Positions 49,611-58,343 of a DNA stretch of 59,827 bases are shown here, one piece after another. The DNA lies in NCBI GenBank assembly GCA_964601505.1, contig CAZRNR010000007.1, positions 1 to 59,827 of the forward strand, in the 5' to 3' direction. A program made the position numbers and the translations under genes. Source of the stretch: an uncultured bacterium. GTDB taxonomy: Bacteria > Calescibacteriota > Calescibacteriia > Calescibacteriales > Calescibacteriaceae. The notes beneath the pieces were generated by a model, which saw nothing but the letters and a program-made list of their open reading frames with translations, was not told where the DNA came from and did not search any database. Each line of letters opens with the position of its first letter. Within the stretch, counting starts at the first letter, position 1.

Positions 49611-49682
49611 TTTTATTAAGTCAATATACCTATATTTTTCGATTTCAAACAAAATAAAACCGCAAAAGGACTAGAGAAATTC

Positions 49683-50540
49683 TCAAGGGCGGAAGTATTC
49701 AACTATTTTGAAGTTTTGATACTCAAGAAATCTTCTTTTGAAAATTTTTTCTGTTATATCCGCAACGAGCTTTTGAATTTTTCTCTTGTAAGGAATAGAC
49801 TTTATTTCTGGTTCAAAGTCCCATGTATTTTTTTCTATAAAATCCTTCATACAGGAAGGATGTTTTTGTTTGAATATTTTCAGTCCTTCTGTTTGATTCA
49901 GAACATCTTTTACTTCAATATCTTTGTTATATCTTATTTTTATGGCTCTTGAGATTTTCTTTCTTATGTATTCTGGAGACAACATCCATCCATAGTGATG
50001 TATATAGGCAGGCAATACAGCAACTGGTATTTTCTTTCCGTTTATCCTGAAGCCTTGTGCATCTCCCCATGCTGAAATACCATGAAAGTTTTTAAGTATT
50101 CTTATCTCCCATCTATACCACGGTGAAGAGTCATGATAATATTTGGGGGATCCATAAAAGTGTCTATACATAAGAACCAATCCTAAAATATTATCGCAAT
50201 CTTCATATCTTCTTAATGCCGATCTTATAATCTCATATCCATCTTCAACCAAAACCTCATCTGCTTGTATATATACTCTCCAAAATCCTTTACATTCTGA
50301 TAGAGCTAAATTTGTGTAAAACTTGTAGTATTCAGCACCATAAAGGTTATCATAATTCTCAACCTCTATTATCCTTATTTTTCTATCTTTAATGTCTTTA
50401 ATCTTTTTTAATGTATCATCTGAACTTCTAACAACAATGGCTACAAACTCATCTACAATAGGCAGAACAGATAATATACTTTCTACAAATGGATATCCGA
50501 GACTGGAAACATTATGAAAAAAGGAAAATCCTGATACCAT
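49683..50540 (-). CDS. GT2-like glycosyltransferase
   Basis: LGYPFVESILSVLP, YIQADEV, HFYGS, WGDAQGFR, IHHYGW. Confidence 0.75.
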   Translation of the reverse strand: MVSGFSFFHNVSSLGYPFVESILSVLPIVDEFVAIVVRSSDDTLKKIKDIKDRKIRIIEVENYDNLYGAEYYKFYTNLALSECKGFWRVYIQADEVLVEDGYEIIRSALRRYEDCDNILGLVLMYRHFYGSPKYYHDSSPWYRWEIRILKNFHGISAWGDAQGFRINGKKIPVAVLPAYIHHYGWMLSPEYIRKKISRAIKIRYNKDIEVKDVLNQTEGLKIFKQKHPSCMKDFIEKNTWDFEPEIKSIPYKRKIQKLVADITEKIFKRRFLEYQNFKIVEYFRP

Positions 50541-50676
50541 AGATAAAACATATGTATCGATTAGAATATCCCTTGAAAAACAGATTTTGTAATTTGAGAC
50601 TTTTAATCAATTTTGAAGTTTTTCTGTTGCTTTTAAATATTCATCGATTTCATTTACAAAGGAACATTATTTTAGT

Positions 50677-51663
50677 ATGAAAAGAGTTCTAAACATTTTT
50701 CAAACCGGGAAGGGGGGACTTGAAAATTTAAGTCAGAGTATATCAAAAATATTAGAACCTTACTTTGAGGTCAGATCAATACCATTGAGTTTTGGGATTA
50801 GGAATATCTGGAAGTCAGCGATGAGTAGTGAAATTATTTTAGTTCATAGGACAAAATCTATCTTGAAGATTCTCCCGATTAAACTTTTTAGTCAATCAAA
50901 AGTTTTGATATTTTTCCATCATTTTATGGCTAGAAGTAAGAAGAAAGATATATACCACAGAATCGTTTATTCAAAAGTAGATAAACTCGTTGTGCTGAGC
51001 AAGAGGATAAGGGAACAAGTAAAAAATAACTGGTCTATAGATGAAAGTAAAATATACATAGCTTACCCAGGTGTTGATATTAATAGATTCCGCAGATCAG
51101 AATCAATCAGAAAAAGTATAAGAGAAAGATATGGGATAAGCAAGAAGGAAAAAGTTTTTGGGGTCATAGGGAGGATATGTGAGGAAAAAAATCAGGAGAT
51201 ACTATTAGAGGCGATCAGAAAATCTGATGTTGACGCAATTGCCTTAATAGCTGGACCTGTGGAATCTGAAAGATATTTTCAAAAGATAAATATGTTATCG
51301 GATAAAGTTAGATCAATTTTAGTTCCAAATTTTGTTGATGATGTTGTAGGATTGCTGAATGCAATAGATTTTCTGGTTATTACATCTAGAAATGAACCTT
51401 TTGGACTTATAGGTCTTGAAGCTATGGCTTGTTCAACTCCAGTTTTAGCGCCGGATAATTCTGGTATAGCAGAAATAATATCTGATGGATTTGATTCATT
51501 CGTATATTCAGCAAATGATGTAAGGTCTTTAGAGGAGAGAATTAGAAAAGCAGTGAGCGAGGTAGATAATTCAAATATATCTGAGCGAGCTAGAAAGAAG
51601 GTAGAAAAGGATTTCTCACTAGATTCTTACGGTAGAAAATTAAAAGAAATAATAATGGGATGA
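50677..51663 (+). CDS. GT4 glycosyltransferase
   Basis: PGVD, IGRICEEKNQ, SRNEPFGLIGLEAMAC. Confidence 0.88.
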   Translation: MKRVLNIFQTGKGGLENLSQSISKILEPYFEVRSIPLSFGIRNIWKSAMSSEIILVHRTKSILKILPIKLFSQSKVLIFFHHFMARSKKKDIYHRIVYSKVDKLVVLSKRIREQVKNNWSIDESKIYIAYPGVDINRFRRSESIRKSIRERYGISKKEKVFGVIGRICEEKNQEILLEAIRKSDVDAIALIAGPVESERYFQKINMLSDKVRSILVPNFVDDVVGLLNAIDFLVITSRNEPFGLIGLEAMACSTPVLAPDNSGIAEIISDGFDSFVYSANDVRSLEERIRKAVSEVDNSNISERARKKVEKDFSLDSYGRKLKEIIMG

Positions 51664-51712
51664 ACATCATCAAATTTTACATATTGAGCTAAAAGTGGGG
51701 TATCTAACATGT

Positions 51713-52027
51713 TTATTTCAGCAATGCGAAAATATTTCCATTTTCATCTATTTCAATTGATATTTTCTTTATTGGAGCTGGGGCCGGCATAGAGAGATTC
51801 TTGCCAGTTTTTATATCAAACTCCGCGCCGTGCCAACCACATGTTATCTTTTCTCCATCAATTTCATAATTCTCTGATATCGGCATATCTTGGTGGGAGC
51901 ATCTATCCTCATAAACATATATCTTGCCTCCAAGCTTTATTACAAGATAGTTTTCCACACCCCGACTTATCCCTCTTGCTGAGTTTTCAGGAATATCTTT
52001 TTCATTTAAAAGAAATACCTTGTTCAT
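51713..52027 (-). CDS. Rieske [2Fe-2S] ferredoxin
   Basis: CSH..CGWH Rieske ligands, FDIKTG, PAPAP. Confidence 0.9.
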   Translation of the reverse strand: MNKVFLLNEKDIPENSARGISRGVENYLVIKLGGKIYVYEDRCSHQDMPISENYEIDGEKITCGWHGAEFDIKTGKNLSMPAPAPIKKISIEIDENGNIFALLK

Positions 52028-52058
52028 AATAAATCCGTAAATGTTAAAAAATTTTGCA

Positions 52059-53051
52059 TTAGGGTTTGAAAATTTCTGAATAATATCCCACTGAATACCA
52101 TATGTCCATGTAAATCTTCATTATGGGTAGAGCTATTTTCATAATTTTTTTATACTCACAAGGGAAAAATTCACTTGAACTGGATTGTTCTAATATTTTC
52201 TGTGCCTGGTTTATGTATGCTGTGAGGAAAACTATCATAACAGGAGGAGCAAAAGAAAGCGGAATTATCTTTGAAAGCAGGATTTCTCTTCTTAAGAATT
52301 TCTTGAGCTTTACCTTTTCATATTTTTTGACTAAAGTTGCTAAGCTTTTTCCTCGCCTTATGAACCATTTTTTTATATCTTTCAAGTTTTCCCTTGGTTC
52401 GGTAAATACATATGCTTCACTTGAATAAAGAAATTTTGCCATGGGAAACATCTTTTTTATCCTGATGGACAAATCTGAATCTTCTGCTCCGAAAACAAGT
52501 TTTTCATCGAACATTCCTGCCTCAACAACAAATTTTTTCAAGATGGCCAGATTAGAGGTCGAAAACGAATCTATGTAAAACTTTCCTTTAGATAGCATTT
52601 TCAAGCCTCCGGCAGGAAATCCAAGAACAGCCTGAGAAAGTATTAGTATGTTTTTCAGATCTGTTAAAGTATCTCTTCTATCTTTAATAATTTTTGGTAT
52701 TACTGCTCCCATAACGGCATCGGATTCTCCAGATAATATTGGCGAAATTATTTTTTGTATCCACTGTGGCGGAATATCCATTCCATCGTCTATAAAGACA
52801 ATGATGTTATTTGATGATTCTTTGACCCCTATGTTTCTTTGGATGGAAAATCCGCCCTTTTTCACGATGATATGCTTTATTTTTATCTCTCCAAGGTCAT
52901 CATCTATCTTTTTTTCAATTGCACTATTTTCAAGCTCAACAATCACATATTCTGCATTTTTTAATCCTGCGTACCTTATACTTCTTATAACTCCCTGAAA
53001 TGTTCTAAGGAGCTTTGTTCTTGAATTACTTATAGTTATTATGGAGACCAC
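52059..53051 (-). CDS. GT2 glycosyltransferase
   Basis: RNIGV, FIDDG, MFDE..GAEDSDLSIR, RRGKS. Confidence 0.78.
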   Translation of the reverse strand: MVSIITISNSRTKLLRTFQGVIRSIRYAGLKNAEYVIVELENSAIEKKIDDDLGEIKIKHIIVKKGGFSIQRNIGVKESSNNIIVFIDDGMDIPPQWIQKIISPILSGESDAVMGAVIPKIIKDRRDTLTDLKNILILSQAVLGFPAGGLKMLSKGKFYIDSFSTSNLAILKKFVVEAGMFDEKLVFGAEDSDLSIRIKKMFPMAKFLYSSEAYVFTEPRENLKDIKKWFIRRGKSLATLVKKYEKVKLKKFLRREILLSKIIPLSFAPPVMIVFLTAYINQAQKILEQSSSSEFFPCEYKKIMKIALPIMKIYMDIWYSVGYYSEIFKP

Positions 53052-53122
53052 TCTTTAGAAATTAAAGATAAAAATCAGAAAAAGCACTTTTTCATGCTTT
53101 GTAGATAATAGTAATATAAAAG

Positions 53123-53195
53123 GGGTCAGTAGCTCAGTTGGCAGAGCGGTGGACTCTTAATCCACAGGTCGCGGGTTCAACTCCCGCCTGACCTA
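53123..53195 (+). tRNA. tRNA-Lys (anticodon CTT); CCA not encoded
   Basis: GGGTCAG/CTGACCT acceptor (G1-U72), GTGGA-CTCTTAA-TCCAC anticodon arm, GCGGG-TTCAACT-CCCGC T arm. Confidence 0.94.
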
Positions 53196-53204
53196 CATAA
53201 AACT

Positions 53205-54200
53205 ATGAGGGTAGCCATAAATGGCTTTGGTAGAATAGGAAGGCTTTTCTTTAGAATGGCTTTTGATAATGGTATAGATGTAGTTGCTATAAATGATATT
53301 GTGAAACCAAGTATTTGTGCCCATTTACTAAAGTATGATTCTACATTTGGAAGATATGAAAGAAAAATAGAACATACTGATAATTCAATAATTGTAGATG
53401 GTAAGGAGATAAAGGTTTTTAGTGAGCCAGATCCTTCAAAACTTCCTTGGAAAGATCTTAAAATTGATCTTGTAGTTGAATCAAGTGGAAAATTTACAGA
53501 GAGAGAAAAATCGGAGCTTCACCTTAAAGCGGGAGCACAAAAGGTAGTAATAACAGCACCTGCAAAAAATCCAGATATCACCATAGTCCTTGGAACTAAT
53601 GAAGAAAATTATGATCCAAAAAAACATAGGATTATATCAAATGCTTCATGCACAACAAATTGTTTTGCTATGCTTGTCAAAGTAATACATGAAAAGTTCA
53701 AAATAGTCAAAGGAGAACTTACAACAATACACTCTTATACAAACGACCAGAGAATTATAGATTCTCCACACAAAGATCTCAGGAGGGCAAGATCGGCTGC
53801 AATGAACATAATCCCAACTTCTACAGGGGCGGCCAAAGCTATATATGAAATATTCCCTGATCTAAAAGGAAAGCTGACCGCCCTTGCTGTAAGGGTCCCA
53901 ACTCCAGATGTTTCTGTTTGTGATTTTAGTTGCGTTGTAGAAAAACCAACTTCAAAGGAGGAAGTAAATTCAGCATTTAGAGAGTATGCAGAAGGAAAGT
54001 TAAAGAGATATCTTCAATACACAGAAGATGAAATCGTCTCATCTGATGTTATAAAAAGTGAATATTCTGCAGTTTTTGATTCAAAACTTACAGAAGTGGT
54101 TGATGGAAATTTTGTCAAGGTTTTCGGTTGGTATGATAACGAATACGGATACACTGCAAGAGTTGCTGACCTAGTTAAATTTATCGCAGAAAGAGGGTAG
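53205..54200 (+). CDS. gap: Type I glyceraldehyde-3-phosphate dehydrogenase
   Basis: INGFGRIGR, SNASCTTNC, HSYTNDQ, IIPTSTGAAKA, WYDNEYGY. Confidence 0.97.
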   Translation: MRVAINGFGRIGRLFFRMAFDNGIDVVAINDIVKPSICAHLLKYDSTFGRYERKIEHTDNSIIVDGKEIKVFSEPDPSKLPWKDLKIDLVVESSGKFTEREKSELHLKAGAQKVVITAPAKNPDITIVLGTNEENYDPKKHRIISNASCTTNCFAMLVKVIHEKFKIVKGELTTIHSYTNDQRIIDSPHKDLRRARSAAMNIIPTSTGAAKAIYEIFPDLKGKLTALAVRVPTPDVSVCDFSCVVEKPTSKEEVNSAFREYAEGKLKRYLQYTEDEIVSSDVIKSEYSAVFDSKLTEVVDGNFVKVFGWYDNEYGYTARVADLVKFIAERG

Positions 54201-54243
54201 AGCATAGCTGAATTTTGGTTATATAAGAAACACCAAAACGATT

Positions 54244-54768
54244 CTAGTTTTTTTGCTTCTGGAAAAAAAGATCCATTGTTTTGGGCTCGCTTGCCCTTTC
54301 CAAATGACATCTACATTTATTCTTATTCAGATTTTCTCCACAATTTTTGCATATTCCTCTACAGTTTTCGGAGCATAGATTGTAAGATGGGACTATTGAT
54401 TCTCCTAAAGAAATTATATAACTGTAAAAATCCATTTCTTCTCCTTCATAAAAATCATCATCTAAGTCCTCTATTTTCAGCTCAATTTCTTCTTCATCTG
54501 GAATAAGGTAGGAGGGTTTCAGGTATATATTTATGACATCTGAAGCGTTCGCGTAAAACTCATCTAGGCACCTAACACATTCTACAACTTTATCTACAAA
54601 GATTTTTCCTTTTATTTCAACTATATCTTTTTTGCGTGTTATTTCACCATCAAACATAACTTTTATCTTTTCACCAGAGAGTATTTTTGAAACCTTTATA
54701 CCCTTTTCAGTTAGATATTTTATTTTTACTGGACCTTTGAAAAGTTCCTCCTGTGTTTTTATTTGCAT
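54244..54768 (-). CDS. DUF177/YceD family protein
   Basis: CVRCL, LCSENCRGICKNCGENLN..CRC. Confidence 0.85.
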   Translation of the reverse strand: MQIKTQEELFKGPVKIKYLTEKGIKVSKILSGEKIKVMFDGEITRKKDIVEIKGKIFVDKVVECVRCLDEFYANASDVINIYLKPSYLIPDEEEIELKIEDLDDDFYEGEEMDFYSYIISLGESIVPSYNLCSENCRGICKNCGENLNKNKCRCHLERASEPKTMDLFFQKQKN

Positions 54769-54843
54769 AACGGTAAAAAATATCATCTAAATTTATGAAA
54801 TTTTTAAGAGTAAAATTTTTATTTCAAGAATAGTTTAGCAGAT

Positions 54844-55467
54844 TTAGAAACGGTGGGAAATACCTCCAAAAATGGAGCTTTGCCCAAATGAATGTAATTC
54901 AACAGTAATATATGTTTCAGGATTCAAATGATAATCTCCTCCAACAAATACAAAAAATATTGAGTCTTTCCTAGATTTCATATTCTCACCATTTTCCAAC
55001 TTAATATAAAAATCTCTATATCCGCTTCCCACATAGATAATAGAATAAGCTAATTTAAAACTTAGATTTGGTGATATCTGCCAGAGTATAGCATTTGGAA
55101 ACCTTTTTCTATCAGTTTTTTTCAAGAATGGTAGTATTTCCATATTCCCGTCAATATTTATATTTACAGTTCTCTTTTTATCTAGAAGAGATGTTTTAGC
55201 ACCAATACCAAATTGATTTAGAGTTGGAATTGGATCAAGAGGAGAAAAAGTTCTTACACCAGAAAAACCATAAATCAAAATCTTATCAGAAGGACTGTAT
55301 CCAAACTTTGCGGATAGAGATAGGGAAGAAGCAGGAGTTTTATCTTTCAAGTTTGTTTCAAACATAGAGAAATTTACAAATCCACCAAGTTCAAAATTAC
55401 CTGCATCTGGTGTTAAGACCCCTCCACCACCTAAAAAACTTATGATAAGGAGAAATGAAAAATTCAT
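54844..55467 (-). CDS. Hypothetical outer-membrane beta-barrel-like protein
   Basis: Hydrophobic N-terminus, alternating beta-strands, C-terminal GGISHRF. Confidence 0.55.
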   Translation of the reverse strand: MNFSFLLIISFLGGGGVLTPDAGNFELGGFVNFSMFETNLKDKTPASSLSLSAKFGYSPSDKILIYGFSGVRTFSPLDPIPTLNQFGIGAKTSLLDKKRTVNINIDGNMEILPFLKKTDRKRFPNAILWQISPNLSFKLAYSIIYVGSGYRDFYIKLENGENMKSRKDSIFFVFVGGDYHLNPETYITVELHSFGQSSIFGGISHRF

Positions 55468-55480
55468 AACAGAGCTAATT

Positions 55481-56260
55481 TTACATATTTTCTCTGATTT
55501 TTTCGTTGTTTAATAAGATATCCCTTTTAAAAAATAAATTCCATTGAGTATATCGCTCTTTTATAATCCTTTCAAGGAATTCTATCATACTATCATAGCT
55601 TTGAAGTTTCTCTGATCGGAAAAGAAATTTTTTTCCTTCCTTGTAGCAAGCAATACCAAAAACCTCTAATTGAAATCTTTGAGATAGCCTGAAAGGTAGA
55701 TCAGATACATAAAAAGTTTCTCCAAACATTTGAGTTGGTTTTGAATTTGGTATCGGTCTATCTACGAGCAAAACAAAGATTTTTCCTTTCGGTTCTCTCA
55801 TTTCAAAAACAAAATCCTTAAAGCTTTCCTTAGTGTTTATTCCTATTTTCATTCTTGATATATTAAAAAAATAACGGCTTATCATAGGTTCTAGCCTTTC
55901 AACCAGAGCAAAGATCTTTATTCCATGTTTCCGAAATAAAGATGAAGCAAACTCTGGAATTCCTATATGTCCAGACACGCATATAGCTCCTTTACTGATT
56001 GAATATTCTGTGAGCTCATTGTAATTGTTCGGCGTTTCCGGATACACCTTTATATAGCTTTTTATAATTGGGTATGCAGCAAGATAAAGGTGGTACAATG
56101 TATGGAACATAAAAACTTCATTTATTTCATATTTTTCAGGTTTTCTTCCAAGAACTATCTTTAGATTTTCTTGACAAAGAGCTAACCTACTTGTATTATG
56201 TATCTTTGTTCTCTTTATTATTTGAGATATTAGGAAAGCAAGTACTTCTAATGTTATCAC
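55481..56260 (-). CDS. Lipid A / lysophospholipid acyltransferase (LpxL/HtrB-like)
   Basis: GHIGIPE (Hx4E), LLVDR, YTQWNLF. Confidence 0.65.
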   Translation of the reverse strand: MITLEVLAFLISQIIKRTKIHNTSRLALCQENLKIVLGRKPEKYEINEVFMFHTLYHLYLAAYPIIKSYIKVYPETPNNYNELTEYSISKGAICVSGHIGIPEFASSLFRKHGIKIFALVERLEPMISRYFFNISRMKIGINTKESFKDFVFEMREPKGKIFVLLVDRPIPNSKPTQMFGETFYVSDLPFRLSQRFQLEVFGIACYKEGKKFLFRSEKLQSYDSMIEFLERIIKERYTQWNLFFKRDILLNNEKIRENM

Positions 56261-56808
56261 ATTTTCATCTTTCCGAAGTCTTCTTCCGAGACTATCTCAA
56301 GTAGAGTTTCTTCTTTTTTCTCGGCAACTGCTGCAGGAATACCTTTAAGGAATTCGGAGCTTCTGGTCTTATCAAAAACAATTTCGTCTACATATATTTC
56401 GCTACCGAGTCTAAGAGCTAAAGCCAATGCGTCCGATGGGCGAGAATCGATTATATATTCTTTTCCATTATGTTCAAGATGGAGTAGAGCATAGTACGTT
56501 GAATTTTTCAGATCACAAACCTCTATCTTATTGAGTTTTATATCTATTGTACTGAAGATATTTTTTATAAGATCATGAGTCAGTGGGCGCTCGAAATTTA
56601 TTTTCTCTAATTCCATCATTATAGCGTTAGCTTCATTTATTCCAATCCAAATAGGTAGAAATCTTTCACCGTTTTCTTCCTTAAGTATCACAGCTGGAGT
56701 TTGAGTTATCTGATCTACTATAACTGTTGCAACTACCATTTTTATCTTATTATGTTTTGGATCATATTTCTTCTTTTCTTCCTCCTGGTTGATCTTTTTC
56801 GCTGCCAT
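56257..56808 (-). CDS. Bifunctional nuclease family protein (DUF151)
   Basis: LPIWIGINEA, RPLTHDL, IDSRPSDALALA; SD GGAGGTG 8 nt before ATG. Confidence 0.9.
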   Translation of the reverse strand: MAAKKINQEEEKKKYDPKHNKIKMVVATVIVDQITQTPAVILKEENGERFLPIWIGINEANAIMMELEKINFERPLTHDLIKNIFSTIDIKLNKIEVCDLKNSTYYALLHLEHNGKEYIIDSRPSDALALALRLGSEIYVDEIVFDKTRSSEFLKGIPAAVAEKKEETLLEIVSEEDFGKMKM

Positions 56809-56879
56809 TATCAAAACACCTCCTCTTGAGAATATATTAATCGCTGCAGAAAGACTTTTGTAAGAATTTAAATTATTTA

Positions 56880-57689
56880 TTATTCTTGATTACCTGAAGA
56901 TTTGAGATCAATATCTACATCAAGTTGTAATGTCCATATCCATCCCTGTGACGCTGAGGCTGCATCCTTGTCAAAGAAAAAGACTGGACCAGTCAAAAGG
57001 CTTATACTCGGTATCATATAAAAATAAATTCCTCCCCCTGCAGCTCCGAAGGCGTTCTTCCCAGTCATTATATCAGCTGTTAGTATAATCTTATCTATTA
57101 ATGGAACATCTATTGGATAAGAAAACCAACCAGCCATTATACCAAACTGATTTGTTTTACCATCTGATGATTGAAATAGAGTCTTTTCAAGTCCATAGTA
57201 AAATCCGAATTGGATCGTACCAATGTATTTCAAAGCTCCCCAATCTTCCCTCATAGTTTTCCCAAGCATGAAATGTAGAATGTTGTAATTATTAACTCCC
57301 TTTTTAAAACCCAAGTTAAAAATTCCAAAAGACCAACCTGGTTGACCGTCAAAAAAGGTATCCTCTGGAGTACCAATTTTTGCATTAAGAAGAAGAGGAA
57401 GGATCTTCTTACCTGAAGAATCAACAAAAGGAGAGGGAAACAGTAAGTCAAATCCAGCTTCAAGTTGTATTTCTTTAAGAGGAATTAAGCCTGAAGTCAG
57501 TCCTACAACTATTGGGAAATCGTAATCATTCAGGAAATAAGTATCATATGTTATATGAAGCACTCCAAACGGTTGTAAATATGGAGTTGATGGTGCCCAA
57601 AATGTTGTTGATGGTGTTGCTAAAACAGATGTAGAAAAAAGCAAAGTACCTATCCCAATGAAAAGTTTAATTTGCTTATTAACTTTCAT
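56880..57689 (-). CDS. Hypothetical exported / outer-membrane protein
   Basis: Signal peptide ending VLA-TPSTT, beta-strand pattern, strong SD GGAGGTG. Confidence 0.6.
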   Translation of the reverse strand: MKVNKQIKLFIGIGTLLFSTSVLATPSTTFWAPSTPYLQPFGVLHITYDTYFLNDYDFPIVVGLTSGLIPLKEIQLEAGFDLLFPSPFVDSSGKKILPLLLNAKIGTPEDTFFDGQPGWSFGIFNLGFKKGVNNYNILHFMLGKTMREDWGALKYIGTIQFGFYYGLEKTLFQSSDGKTNQFGIMAGWFSYPIDVPLIDKIILTADIMTGKNAFGAAGGGIYFYMIPSISLLTGPVFFFDKDAASASQGWIWTLQLDVDIDLKSSGNQE

Positions 57690-57884
57690 ATGTTTTCACC
57701 TCCTCAATATGGATTGAAAATTTTGTTCCATATCCTTTTGACTTGATTTAAATAGCGTTGAACTATACATATATGTTAAAATTCACAAATATGTTCTCAA
57801 TTATGTACTTCCTCAAATTGATTCTGATTTTCTTTTTGAATTTACTTTATTTTCACCGAATTCCATTATACTTGTAAAACTTTG

Positions 57885-58295
57885 ATGAGGAGAGAATTTT
57901 CTGCAGGTGGTGTGGTTTATAAAGATGGAAAGGTTCTGATGATAAGAGTCAAAACACTATCGGGGAAGGATGTATGGACATTCCCGAAAGGACATATAGA
58001 GCAAGGGGAAAAACCAAAGGATGCAGCAATCAGAGAGGTCGAAGAAGAAACTGGTGTGAGATCTGAAATAAAGAAAGAAATAGGTGATTTTACATATCAC
58101 TTTAAAGACAAAGATGGAATACTTGTGAAGAAGACGGTCTTTTGGTATCTTATGGAGCCTATTTCTCAATCTGAATTGAAAACTCCTGGTGAGGTTCTTG
58201 AGGTAAGATGGTTTGAAATTCAAGATGCAAAAAAAATGATAGCGTACGATTCGGATAAAAAGATTATAGAGAAACTTTTGAAAGAACTTGCTTGA
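57885..58295 (+). CDS. NUDIX hydrolase
   Basis: SAGGVV, WTFPKGH, Nudix box GEKPKDAAIREVEEETG. Confidence 0.92.
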   Translation: MRREFSAGGVVYKDGKVLMIRVKTLSGKDVWTFPKGHIEQGEKPKDAAIREVEEETGVRSEIKKEIGDFTYHFKDKDGILVKKTVFWYLMEPISQSELKTPGEVLEVRWFEIQDAKKMIAYDSDKKIIEKLLKELA

Positions 58296-58343
58296 TTGAG
58301 ATCAAATAATCAACAAATTTCAAAATGAGATTCCTAAATATAT

